A stretch of 64,000 bases of DNA from a bacterium (GTDB lineage: Bacteria; Patescibacteriota; Microgenomatia; Woykebacterales; RBG-16-39-9b), in assembly GCA_030704665.1 (NCBI GenBank), contig JAUYID010000009.1, positions 522,460-586,459 on the forward strand. Direction: 5' to 3'. Positions 34,931 through 44,204 of this stretch are shown piece after piece. The notes beneath the pieces were generated by a model that did no database searches, was not told where the DNA came from, and saw nothing but the letters and a program-made list of their open reading frames with translations. Numbering within the stretch: the first letter of the stretch is position 1; each line of letters opens with the position of its first letter. The translations under genes were made by a program, and so were the position numbers.

Positions 34931-35086
34931 AAAAATTTCCAAAGTTCGCGTGTTGCCAAGGTCACACTAAGTGACCGCAGGATTATAGTGAAACGAATCC
35001 TAAGTTCGAGAACGCAAGTTTCTCTTATTCCGCCACCTCCGCAAATACAAGCTCAAATTTTACCTAAATTTACCCAGAATGTCTAT

Positions 35087-35476
35087 TTATTTAGTTGTCG
35101 TTTGTATCTTGGGAATATTGAGAATGCTGCGTAACTGCTCGATCAGCTTTTCTCCTGAGGAGGGAAACTTCAACAAACACTTGGAGGCACCCGCTTCGAT
35201 GTAATCCACGCTGTTGTCGGTAATATCCTCAAGGACAACAAGAATTGGTAGAGTGGAAATAGCAATGGTGTGGCTAGAACGAACTACACCGAGAAACCAA
35301 AGAATTTCTTGTTTTGGTGAGCTGATGATACAGGCAGTGATTTTTTCTTTGTGGAGGCGATCCTGACCCTCTCGAGCGTCCATCGCCGTGGCAACATCAA
35401 ACCCTGCGCTTTCAATCAGAGTCGAATACATTTCTCTCAACTCTTTTTGTGGTTCTACAAGTAAGACTTTAGCCAT
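35087..35476 (-). CDS. single-domain CheY-like receiver protein
   Basis: 129 aa; KVLLVEPQ..., receiver-fold spacing of acidic and Lys residues. Confidence 0.55.
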   Translation of the reverse strand: MAKVLLVEPQKELREMYSTLIESAGFDVATAMDAREGQDRLHKEKITACIISSPKQEILWFLGVVRSSHTIAISTLPILVVLEDITDNSVDYIEAGASKCLLKFPSSGEKLIEQLRSILNIPKIQTTTK

Positions 35477-35699
35477 TCCACCTCAAAAAAAGCTCTCGAA
35501 GCTGCCTTCAGAGAGCCTTGGTACCCAAACTGGAATACAAAAGCAGTTTAATTAACTGATTTTCAAGTTGAGTATAGCAGATTGTATGCTCTTGTAAATA
35601 GAGAATTAGTTGCTAGAAGCTTCTTTACTCTCTATTCCAAGCGGGGAGCTTGCTAGCAGACTGGACGAGTAGAGCAGAGCACGTTAGAATGAAAGAACC

Positions 35700-36395
35700 G
35701 TGATTGAAATCGCCAGCTTAGCCTACAACGAACTCCTTTACCGACCTGTTTACAATCTTGTTGTCATCATTTACAACGTGACTCCTGGGCCAAACTTTGG
35801 TTGGACCATGATCGGTCTGGCAATTTTGATCCGCTTCCTCTTTATCATCTTTACCCTGCGTGGTTTGCGGACCGACGAAATCATCAAACAGGTTGAACCG
35901 CAGATCAAAGAAATAGAAAAAGATACCTACCTCAGCTCACAGGAGCAGCGCGCCAAGATCATGGACCTTTTGCGCTCCAAAGGGATAAACCCCTATACTG
36001 AAATTTACTCCATCGTCGCCCAGGTTGGTTTTTTGGCAGTCAACTACCAGGTCATCCAGTACGGGCTGAAACCATCAGGCTTTCACAATCTTTACTCTTT
36101 CGTACATCACCCGGAAAGTATCAACTCGGTTTTCTTTGGCTTTGATCTGGTGCGCTCCAGTCTAGTGCTTTCCGCTTTCGCTGCATTACTACTTTTTGTT
36201 GAACAAGTCTGGGAATACGCTGAGAAAAAGGAAATCCCGACTGCTTTCTCAGAGCGCTGGTTCCCCTTGCTTTTAGCCAGCGGGACTTTTATACTTCTAT
36301 ATATATTGCCTTCCGCCAAGGCGGTCTTTATTGCAACTTCAGTCTTGTTTAGCTTAGCTCTGAAGACAACCGTCCGCTTGGCAAGAAGAAGCTGA
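35700..36395 (+). CDS. yidC: membrane protein insertase YidC (short form)
   Basis: LYRPVYNLVVIIY...GWTMIGLAILIRFLFIIFT...SSQEQRAKIMDLLRSKGINPY. Confidence 0.75.
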   Translation: MIEIASLAYNELLYRPVYNLVVIIYNVTPGPNFGWTMIGLAILIRFLFIIFTLRGLRTDEIIKQVEPQIKEIEKDTYLSSQEQRAKIMDLLRSKGINPYTEIYSIVAQVGFLAVNYQVIQYGLKPSGFHNLYSFVHHPESINSVFFGFDLVRSSLVLSAFAALLLFVEQVWEYAEKKEIPTAFSERWFPLLLASGTFILLYILPSAKAVFIATSVLFSLALKTTVRLARRS

Positions 36396-36398
36396 TTT

Positions 36399-36986
36399 AT
36401 GTTCGACAAACTAGTTGTTTCATTTTTAACCGAGGAAGTAGTGGGCGGGTTTTTTGTTGACGTCCATCCCGGACAAGTCGCAGCTGTCTACGACCGTTTT
36501 CGAGGAGTACTAAAAAACACCTGGGGTCCAGGACTACACTTCAAGCTTCCTTTCATCCAAAAAGTAAAGAAATTTAATACCCAGACTCTCGAATACACCA
36601 TTCGCGATGGTTTTAATGCAGAAGAGAACAAAGAAATCCTTGGTGACGATGCCTTTAATGTCGTCACCGCTGATGGGGTCTCTGTGCAGCTTTACGGAAC
36701 TATTCTCGTTCGGATCAACAAAGAAAGCGTTGTCGGGATGTGGGAAAACATTGGCGAAGGCTTTATTTCAAAAATTGTTCGTCCGGTCTCCCGCAGCCGT
36801 ATCAGGACTGCTGTTTCTGAATTTACTTTTCAGCAGCTGCACACTTCCGAGCGCCACAATGCCGAGAAAAGAATCAAAGAGCTGCTGGAGCTCGAATTTC
36901 AACCCAAAGGTCTGATCGTTGAAGGAGTCTTGCTTTCCGAAATCAACCAAACTTCTCCCAGCCCAAACAATCCTGAAATGCGTTGA
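36399..36986 (+). CDS. SPFH/band-7 domain protein
   Basis: TQTLEYTIRD...NVVTADGVSVQLYGTILVRI core. Confidence 0.5.
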   Translation: MFDKLVVSFLTEEVVGGFFVDVHPGQVAAVYDRFRGVLKNTWGPGLHFKLPFIQKVKKFNTQTLEYTIRDGFNAEENKEILGDDAFNVVTADGVSVQLYGTILVRINKESVVGMWENIGEGFISKIVRPVSRSRIRTAVSEFTFQQLHTSERHNAEKRIKELLELEFQPKGLIVEGVLLSEINQTSPSPNNPEMR

Positions 36987-37036
36987 ATTTAAACTCACTT
37001 TCGACTATAATAGCTTCCAACCAAAAATAATCTTGC

Positions 37037-37111
37037 GCGGGATTCGTATAGTGGCTAGTATGCCACCCTTCCAAGGTGGAGGCGAGGGTTCGATTCCCTT
37101 ATCCCGCTCCA
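37037..37111 (+). tRNA. tRNA-Gly(TCC)
   Basis: gcgggattcgtatagtggctagtatgccaccctTCCaaggtggaggcgagggttcgattcccttatcccgctcca. Confidence 0.8.
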
Positions 37112-37149
37112 AATAATTTTCACTCTGCGTAGTATAATAATTGAGCTTA

Positions 37150-37222
37150 GACCTGCGCCTGTAGCTCAACGGATAGGCAAGTCCTTAGGACTTGTCCTGC
37201 GATCTAGCGATCTTAGAGCACC
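37150..37222 (+). pseudogene. degenerate tRNA-like 5' fragment preceding tRNA-Arg
   Basis: gcgcctgtagctcaacggatag parallels genic gcgcccatagctcaactggatag, but no D-stem closure or T arm follows. Confidence 0.4.
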
Positions 37223-37227
37223 TTTTA

Positions 37228-37304
37228 GCGCCCATAGCTCAACTGGATAGAGCGTATGTCTTCGGAACATAAGGTTGGGGGTTCGAGTCCCTCTGGGCGT
37301 ACCA
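37228..37304 (+). tRNA. tRNA-Arg(TCG)
   Basis: gcgcccatagctcaactggatagagcgtatgtctTCGgaacataaggttgggggttcgagtccctctgggcgtacca. Confidence 0.75.
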
Positions 37305-37372
37305 TATACAGGGGTTCGTTTTGCGATTAGCAAACGAGATTGTCCCTTCAGGTGCGCCAGAAGTGAATTTGT

Positions 37373-37450
37373 GGGGAAGTTAGCTCAGTTTGGTAGAGCG
37401 GCAGTTTGTGGAACTGCATGTCACGGGTTCGAGCCCCGTACTTCCCCCCA
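37373..37450 (+). tRNA. tRNA-His(GTG) with encoded G-1
   Basis: g-gggaagttagctcagtttggtagagcggcagtttGTGgaactgcatgtcacgggttcgagccccgtacttcccccca; C73 pairs with G-1. Confidence 0.8.
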
Positions 37451-37511
37451 TAAGTAGTCAATCTTTCCTCCCCTAGCACTCGTTGACTTGATGTGCTAAT
37501 ATACTTTCACT

Positions 37512-39875
37512 ATGATCAACGAGTCTCAAGAATTTCCACTGATTCCGGTTCGTGATGTCGTCATTTTTCCCCACGCTTCGGTACCTATTTCTTTAAAACG
37601 TGAGAAGTCCGTTTTTGCTCTGGAGGAAGCCCTGCTTGAGCAAAAAAGAGTTTTTGTCGTTATGCAAAAAAACAAGGACCTTGATGATCCGGAAGCAGAT
37701 GATCTTTTCTCTCTTGGGACTGTTTCCAAAATTACCCAAATTCAAAGGTTGCCCGATGGAGTGATCAACATTCTGGTTGAAGGTGAATATAAGGCCGAAG
37801 TTGAAAAGTACAGCCAAGAAGAGCATCACTTTCGAGTCTCAGTCAAAAGGCTGGAAGAAACAGAAATCTCCAAAGAAGAAGTCGAAAAACTGCTCAAACC
37901 CCTGACGGAAAAATTCCGCCAGGCGATTTCGCTTGGTAAACCAGTCCCTCTTGATAGCTTGCCTTCACTTTTTGATTTATCGAACCCTTACCAAACTCTG
38001 GATTTAATTATTTACAATCTAGAACTACGCGCCAACGAAAGACAAGCGCTCCTCGAATGTAAGGATCAGAAAGAGCGCATCAAGAAAGTTGAGTCTCTTC
38101 TTTCTAAAGACCTCTCTGTTTTGCAAACTGCCCGCAAGATCCAAGACCGGACTGCAGAGGAAATCGGCAAAACGGCCAAGGAAGCTTTCTTGCGTGAGCA
38201 GCTGAAATCAATTGAAAAAGAGCTTGGCATCAAAGAAGAGCGCGAAGAGTTTGCTGATCTTGAAAAAAAGATCCACAGTGCCGGTATGCCCGAAGAAGTC
38301 GAGAGCAAAACCTTGAAAGAGCTTGACCGGCTGCGCAAAATGCCTCAATTTTCTCCGGAAGTCTCTTTCGTGCGAACCTATCTTGATTGGATAGTTGATC
38401 TTCCCTGGAAGATCGAGCAGCAAGAAAAAACCAATATTAAAGCCGCTGAAAAAATTCTTAACCAAGATCACTATGGTCTCAAGAAAGTCAAAGAAAGAAT
38501 CGTTGAATATCTTGCCGTGCAAAAGTTAACCGGGAAAATCAGGGGTCCGATTCTCTGTTTTTCCGGGCCTCCAGGAGTCGGCAAAACTTCGATTGGTAAA
38601 TCAATCGCCAAAGCCCTCAACCGTAAATTTGTCAAAGTTTCTCTCGGTGGAATTCGTGATGAAGCCGAGATCAGAGGTCACCGTCGTACCTATGTCGGGG
38701 CTCTCCCCGGACGAATAATTCAAGGTATTAAGGATGCCGGAACCAAAAACCCCGTCTTTATGATGGATGAGATCGACAAACTTGGGTTCGACTACCGAGG
38801 GGACCCATCGGCTGCGTTGCTTGAAGCTCTCGATCCAGAGCAAAACAACTCTTTCTCTGATCATTACTTGGAGATCCCGTATGACCTTTCCAACGTTTTG
38901 TTTGTCACCACCGCCAATGTCCTTGACACTATCCCACCGGCTCTTCGCGACCGAATGGAAATATTGGAATTCCCGGGCTATACCGAAGAAGAGAAATTCC
39001 ACATTGCCCGTGACTATCTCTTCCCAAAGCAAATTGAAACTCACGGCTTGAGCGAAAAGCAAATCAAAATTTCCGACGAAGCTCTACAAAAAATTATTTC
39101 CCGCTACACTCGCGAAGCAGGTGTTCGTAGTATGGAAAGAGAGCTGGCCTCTCTCTGCCGCAAAGTTGCCAAACAAGTAGCGGAGGGGAAAACTAAGGGA
39201 ACTAGCATCACTGAGAAGAACTTGCCTGAGTTTTTGGGTCCGGAAAAGTTTATTCCCTGGGTTGCCGAAAAAAAGGACGAAGTTGGTGTTGCCTCAGGAC
39301 TTGCCTGGACCGAAGTTGGTGGAGAGGTCTTGTCAGTTGAAACTACTCTCATGCCCGGTCGTGGCAATCTTATCCTTACCGGACATTTGGGAGAAGTAAT
39401 GAAGGAGTCAGCTCAGGCTGCTCTTTCTTATGTCAAAAGTCGGGCGGCCAGTTTTGGAATCAAAGAGAATTTTTACAAAAATTCTGATATCCATCTCCAT
39501 GTCCCGGCCGGAGCAATTCCCAAGGACGGTCCTAGTGCCGGTATCACAATGGCGACTTCCCTACTCTCAGCTATTACCAAAATCCCAGTGCGCAAGGAAG
39601 TCGGCATGACCGGGGAGATCACTCTCCGAGGCAAGGTTTTGGAAATCGGCGGTGTCAAGGAAAAAGTTCTCGGAGCTCACCGGGCTGGACTGCGTACCAT
39701 TTTGCTCCCGATGAAAAATAAAAAAGACCTAGAAGAAATCCCTGCCAAAACCCGATCTGATCTCCATTTTATCTTTTTGGAAACCATGGATGAGGTCATC
39801 AAAAACTCTCTAGTCACTGACCCAACTAAATTCGAGACTCACACAGCCTCAAGTAGCCCACTACCCATTGCATAA
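37512..39875 (+). CDS. lon: ATP-dependent protease Lon
   Basis: N-terminal LON domain, AAA+ [10 protein letters not shown]-terminal proteolytic [15 protein letters not shown] (Ser-Lys dyad). Confidence 0.9.
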   Translation: MINESQEFPLIPVRDVVIFPHASVPISLKREKSVFALEEALLEQKRVFVVMQKNKDLDDPEADDLFSLGTVSKITQIQRLPDGVINILVEGEYKAEVEKYSQEEHHFRVSVKRLEETEISKEEVEKLLKPLTEKFRQAISLGKPVPLDSLPSLFDLSNPYQTLDLIIYNLELRANERQALLECKDQKERIKKVESLLSKDLSVLQTARKIQDRTAEEIGKTAKEAFLREQLKSIEKELGIKEEREEFADLEKKIHSAGMPEEVESKTLKELDRLRKMPQFSPEVSFVRTYLDWIVDLPWKIEQQEKTNIKAAEKILNQDHYGLKKVKERIVEYLAVQKLTGKIRGPILCFSGPPGVGKTSIGKSIAKALNRKFVKVSLGGIRDEAEIRGHRRTYVGALPGRIIQGIKDAGTKNPVFMMDEIDKLGFDYRGDPSAALLEALDPEQNNSFSDHYLEIPYDLSNVLFVTTANVLDTIPPALRDRMEILEFPGYTEEEKFHIARDYLFPKQIETHGLSEKQIKISDEALQKIISRYTREAGVRSMERELASLCRKVAKQVAEGKTKGTSITEKNLPEFLGPEKFIPWVAEKKDEVGVASGLAWTEVGGEVLSVETTLMPGRGNLILTGHLGEVMKESAQAALSYVKSRAASFGIKENFYKNSDIHLHVPAGAIPKDGPSAGITMATSLLSAITKIPVRKEVGMTGEITLRGKVLEIGGVKEKVLGAHRAGLRTILLPMKNKKDLEEIPAKTRSDLHFIFLETMDEVIKNSLVTDPTKFETHTASSSPLPIA

Positions 39876-39886
39876 AAGTTTTTTCT

Positions 39887-39961
39887 GGTGAGCCAGGAAG
39901 GACTCGAACCTTCAACCGATTGCTTAAGAGGCAATTGCTCTGCCAATTGAGCTACTGGCCC
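39887..39961 (-). tRNA. tRNA-Lys(CTT)
   Basis: revcomp gggccagtagctcaattggcagagcaattgcctCTTaagcaatcggttgaaggttcgagtccttcctggctcacca. Confidence 0.8.
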
Positions 39962-40012
39962 ACAAAACTCGTTTCTGGTACAGCATCTTGTACGAAGTTA
40001 GAACCGAATTTG

Positions 40013-40468
40013 TTAGTTCTCTTTAATAATTACTTTGCCATCTTTGTCACGTGTGTCAACCCAGTTGTATCGTTCTACAAAACGAAGATAGAAACCAAAT
40101 GGGTCTGTAGTTCTAAAGTCTTGGTGGCTAAATCTTTTGAATAACTCGCCGACAATACTGTCAGGGTAAAGGCTTTTGTACTTTTCATAAAATGCTTCAA
40201 TGCCTGTAATCGGAATAATGATCTCCACTCCATAGCCACGCGGAGTATCTTTGGAGAATTGTTTGAAAAAGGAATGTTCATAGACTTGCTCATTCCCACA
40301 GTAAAAGTTCAAAATGCTGTTGCCTGAACGCATAACTAAGTAGCCATCACGATTATTAGGTTTTTTCTCCCAAACAACTTCATAACCAAGACTGCCGTAA
40401 AACTTTTTAGCCAATTCAAAGTCTGGTATGTGTAATTCTAGTAAGATGTCGCTCTGTAAATCTTTCAT
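40013..40468 (-). CDS. glyoxalase/bleomycin-resistance (VOC) family protein in an AT-rich segment
   Basis: 151 aa, beta-alpha-beta-beta-beta pattern; about 35% GC; bracketed by two tRNA genes. Confidence 0.55.
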   Translation of the reverse strand: MKDLQSDILLELHIPDFELAKKFYGSLGYEVVWEKKPNNRDGYLVMRSGNSILNFYCGNEQVYEHSFFKQFSKDTPRGYGVEIIIPITGIEAFYEKYKSLYPDSIVGELFKRFSHQDFRTTDPFGFYLRFVERYNWVDTRDKDGKVIIKEN

Positions 40469-40482
40469 AATGCTTATGTTTT

Positions 40483-40558
40483 GGTACCCCAGGAGGGATT
40501 CGAACCCCCGACCTTGACGTTAGAACCGTCCTGCTCTATCCGCTGAGCTACTGGGGCA
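40483..40558 (-). tRNA. tRNA-Arg(TCT)
   Basis: revcomp gccccagtagctcagcggatagagcaggacggtTCTaacgtcaaggtcgggggttcgaatccctcctggggtacca (G27.A43 mismatch). Confidence 0.7.
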
Positions 40559-40611
40559 AATTAAGTTGCCTTATTATACTATTTTGAGGCTGATAAATCT
40601 AGCTATAGCCG

Positions 40612-42207
40612 CTAAATAACAAGTTTGGGAATTTTCCAAGAAGAAACATTTTGGAAACGGTCGGCAGGGCTTTGGAAATAGTTCAATTCAATATTGTTGA
40701 TTCGAGCGTTGACCACCCAGGAATAGCCCGGATAGTAAAGAAAAATTGCTGGAGATTCGTCAGCCAGAATTCTGACAAACTCAGTGTAGCGATCCTTCCT
40801 TATCTTCAAATCATTGGATTTGCGCCCATCCTCGAGAAGCTTATCAAGTTTTGGAGAAGCAATTGAGGTTATATTGCCCTGAGCAATCTGGGTAGAGTGC
40901 CAAAGAACGTATTGATCTGGGTCATCGGAAATTTCCGCGGTCGTCAAAACCGCCTGAAACTGAGTCCGTTTGATCGCGTCCGTCAGTTCCTCACTACCAA
41001 GCTCAATTGTCTGGAAGGCAATTCCTAGTTTCGCCCACATTGCGCCGATTTCAGCGGCAATTTTCTCAAAATCTGGATCGCGTGGCAAAGTAAGGGTTAG
41101 AGTCAAAGTTTTACCAGCTTTTTTTAGGAACGAATTTTGCTTCTTCCAGCCACTACTTTCCAATCTTTGGGCAGCCTTGGCCAGATCAAGAGGGAAGCGC
41201 TCTGCCTGTCTCAACCCTAAACTGTTTTCTTTGGGAAAAGGCCCTTGCGCCTGTTCCGAAGCTGGATTGGCAAAATTTAGTAGTTTTTCTTTTGGAGCTG
41301 CCTGGGCAAGCGCCTGCCGTACTAATTTGTCAGAAACAAACTCAGCTCGGGTGTTGAAAAAAATTGTCACCACCCGACTGGGCAGTGTTTGCGAGTAGAT
41401 TTTCAAATTGTGCCAATTTTTAAACTGCTCAATCTCATTCCGGGACAAGCCTCCGAGAGCTTTTATTTCTCCTTGTTTGAGCGCTAAAATTGCCTTTTCC
41501 GCAGTGGGGTAGAGCTTAAAAACCAAGTCTCTTTTTGAGTTGGTAAGCACGATTTTTTCTCTGGAAAAAGAAGCGACTCTAAACCCACTAGTACCAACCG
41601 GACGGTAACTCTTCAGGGAAATGTGGGCTGGAATTATTCCCAAAGTTGTTTGGGAAAGAAAGGGCGCAAAGGGCTCTTTGAGGGTAAATTTGATCGTGTA
41701 CTCATCAAGTTTCTCAATGCCGACATCTTTGAAAGCAGTTCTAGCACTCGCGGCTAAATTGGGGTCCTGAGCTTGGCGGATAGTGTAAACGACATCATCA
41801 GCAGTGAACTTTTTTCCGTCTTGCCAATAAATGTTTTTCTTGAGTCTAAAAATATAGTCCGTACTGCCGAAAAGTTCGTAGTTTTCAGCCAAATCAGTCT
41901 CAATCTGCCCACTCGGGCCAATTTTGGTCAAGCCCCGAAAGATGAGTTGATTGATCTCTTTTTCTGCCTCAGTAGCTTCAAAAATGGGGTTCAAGGACTT
42001 GACCGAACCAACCTTTCCTTCGATATAAGTGGTTTTTGATAGTGCCGCGGTAGTTCGGTTGACCAAGGGCTGCCAAAATCCAAAAAAGGTGAGTCGGAAA
42101 AAAACAAAGACAAAAAGCAAATACAAACCCAAGCGTAGTATTTGTCTAGTGTTTCTTTTTGAATAAGCAACCAGGAGAAGATAGTAAAACCTGAGTTTTT
42201 TTATCAT
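40612..42207 (-). CDS. ABC transporter substrate-binding protein, family 5 (peptide/nickel type)
   Basis: 531 aa, N-terminal anchor, SBP_bac_5-like layout. Confidence 0.7.
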   Translation of the reverse strand: MIKKLRFYYLLLVAYSKRNTRQILRLGLYLLFVFVFFRLTFFGFWQPLVNRTTAALSKTTYIEGKVGSVKSLNPIFEATEAEKEINQLIFRGLTKIGPSGQIETDLAENYELFGSTDYIFRLKKNIYWQDGKKFTADDVVYTIRQAQDPNLAASARTAFKDVGIEKLDEYTIKFTLKEPFAPFLSQTTLGIIPAHISLKSYRPVGTSGFRVASFSREKIVLTNSKRDLVFKLYPTAEKAILALKQGEIKALGGLSRNEIEQFKNWHNLKIYSQTLPSRVVTIFFNTRAEFVSDKLVRQALAQAAPKEKLLNFANPASEQAQGPFPKENSLGLRQAERFPLDLAKAAQRLESSGWKKQNSFLKKAGKTLTLTLTLPRDPDFEKIAAEIGAMWAKLGIAFQTIELGSEELTDAIKRTQFQAVLTTAEISDDPDQYVLWHSTQIAQGNITSIASPKLDKLLEDGRKSNDLKIRKDRYTEFVRILADESPAIFLYYPGYSWVVNARINNIELNYFQSPADRFQNVSSWKIPKLVI

Positions 42208-42242
42208 TGAACCAATCAGACTAAGTTCTTTGAGAGCAGGAC

Positions 42243-42464
42243 TTAACTAATCAAAACGGAAGACAAAGAAAGCACAGCAAAGCTGAGTGCCAAAACTATC
42301 GTTGCGTAGTGCAAAAGTTTTTCAACTCCGCGTCGGGAGCGATAAACTACACTACCACCCCCAAAAATACTACCGACTCCGCTGCCTTTGTTTTGCATGA
42401 TGATCACAACAACAAGCAAGCAGGCTACGACTATTTGTATCAAAAAAAGACCTGTTCTCAACAT
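42243..42464 (-). CDS. secG: preprotein translocase subunit SecG
   Basis: 73 aa, two TM; MQNKGSGVGSIFGGGS motif. Confidence 0.7.
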   Translation of the reverse strand: MLRTGLFLIQIVVACLLVVVIIMQNKGSGVGSIFGGGSVVYRSRRGVEKLLHYATIVLALSFAVLSLSSVLIS

Positions 42465-42515
42465 CAGAGGGCTATTCTATCACAGCTCCGTTTTTGTCGC
42501 AATTACTCCTTCTCT

Positions 42516-42914
42516 TCACTTAAAAAGGCTTTGGAGCAAACTCGCGATCAAACCGATTAAAAAGCTGGCTAGAAAAATACTAAAAAGCGGAGTTAGCTGA
42601 AAAGCTGGCAAGATAAAACCGCTTACGCTAAGTCCCCCAAAGTTAAAGCTGACAATACTAAAGCCCTGAATAAAGAAAGTAACCAAGTAAAGAATAAAGA
42701 TGTTGGTGAGCACACTCATGAGACCAAAAGTCAAAAGATTGAAAGGCAAGGCAAGAAGTTTCAGAATTGGCTTGACGAATTGAGTCAAAACGGCAAAAAC
42801 GATTCCCGCCAAAGCAAGGGTTTGGAGATCAGTATAGGCAATACCTTTGTAAAAAGACGAAACCAAAAGGAAAGCAAAAGCTGACAGAATCAAATTACGA
42901 GCAAGTTTTTTCAT
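42516..42914 (-). CDS. DUF360/YvlD (phage-holin-4_2-like) membrane protein
   Basis: 4 TM; KPILKLLALPFNLLTFGLMSVLTNIFILYLV. Confidence 0.45.
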   Translation of the reverse strand: MKKLARNLILSAFAFLLVSSFYKGIAYTDLQTLALAGIVFAVLTQFVKPILKLLALPFNLLTFGLMSVLTNIFILYLVTFFIQGFSIVSFNFGGLSVSGFILPAFQLTPLFSIFLASFLIGLIASLLQSLFK

Positions 42915-42953
42915 TTCTCTACTTTGATTTTAACAAATATATTGACCAAAAGG

Positions 42954-44192
42954 CTACTCTAGCAAGGCTGCTTTGGTTGAGAGCTTGCGGTAAAAACTTA
43001 TCGCAAAACGGTGAGCCTCATCACGAATTCGGGTGATGAGATAAAGAGCTCCCGAGTCTTTTGGCAAACGGAGCGGCGTAGTTTCAAAAAGATGAATTTC
43101 CTCATTACGCTTGGCCAAACCAATGACGGGTATTGCCAAACCAGCGTTCTCGATTTCTGTTTTTGCTGCACCAAGTTGCGTCTTGCCACCATCGACAATA
43201 ATTAAATCTGGTTTCGCCCACTCATTTTTTAGCCGCCGCCGAATCACTTCTCCCATCATTCCCGGATCATTGGGAGAAGAAAAACCTTTAATCTTAAAAC
43301 GACGGTATTGTCCCCGATCGACTTCTCCATCAGTTAAAACCACCATCGAACCAACCGGAAAAGACCCTTGAAAATTGGAAATGTCATAGCATTCAATTCT
43401 GCGCAAGTAGGTTTTCATCCCTAAAGTTTGAGCCAGTTCTTGCAGCTCCTTTTGGCGAATTTCCTTGATCGAAGAAGCTTCCAAATACTCATCGATTCGT
43501 CGTCGTGGACGAGTCACAAAATTAACCGCCTCGATTTTTCTCCTCGTTTCCTCTGCTTTTTCGTACTCAAGCTTACTCGAATAGGTTTGCATCTCTTTCT
43601 TAAGCTCTCGAACCAGTTTATTTTTGTTCCCCTCGAAAAAAAGTTTTAACTTGCTAATGTTCTTTTTATAGTCCTTTTCACTGATTTGGTTGGTGCAAAC
43701 ACCAGGACACAAACCAAGGTGGTAGAAGAAACAGGCTCGTCCTTGCCCTGGCTTGCAAGAGGTTCGGAAGGGAAAAACCTTCCGTAGACTTCTCAAAACC
43801 ACGCGCAAACTTCGCGCTGATGGGTAAGGCCCAAAATACTCTTGAGCATCAACAAGCCCCTTTTTCCGTGCCAAAAGTACTCGCGGGAAGGCTTCTTTGA
43901 CAATCTTTAAGTAAAGGTAGTCTTTGTCGTCTTTGAGTTGAACGTTAAAATCTGGATAGTATTTCTTGATTAAATTGGCTTCAAGGATGAGAGCTTCTGT
44001 TTCCGAATCAACTTCAATTGTTTCCAAACTCTTTGCCTCTCTCATCAGAATTTCTTGGCGCGGGGCAAGTCCAACCCGAAAGTAGCTGTTTAACCTTGAT
44101 TTCAAGTTGGCGGCTTTGCCGACGTAGAGAACTTTACCCTTTTTGTCTTTGAAAAGGTAAACTCCGGGCCGGTTAGCACCGATCTTTTTCAT
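42954..44192 (-). CDS. uvrC: excinuclease ABC subunit C, short form lacking C-terminal (HhH)2
   Basis: GIY-YIG (PGVYLFKDKKGKVLYVGKA), Cys cluster, UVR motif, RNase H-like endonuclease domain; only 412 aa. Confidence 0.8.
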   Translation of the reverse strand: MKKIGANRPGVYLFKDKKGKVLYVGKAANLKSRLNSYFRVGLAPRQEILMREAKSLETIEVDSETEALILEANLIKKYYPDFNVQLKDDKDYLYLKIVKEAFPRVLLARKKGLVDAQEYFGPYPSARSLRVVLRSLRKVFPFRTSCKPGQGRACFFYHLGLCPGVCTNQISEKDYKKNISKLKLFFEGNKNKLVRELKKEMQTYSSKLEYEKAEETRRKIEAVNFVTRPRRRIDEYLEASSIKEIRQKELQELAQTLGMKTYLRRIECYDISNFQGSFPVGSMVVLTDGEVDRGQYRRFKIKGFSSPNDPGMMGEVIRRRLKNEWAKPDLIIVDGGKTQLGAAKTEIENAGLAIPVIGLAKRNEEIHLFETTPLRLPKDSGALYLITRIRDEAHRFAISFYRKLSTKAALLE

Positions 44193-44204
44193 GATGGTAT
44201 TTTA

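Noticed and set aside
37275-37457. Track ORF 37275-37457 (60 aa)
   Set aside because: It is composed of tRNA-Arg and tRNA-His sequence and is not a protein.
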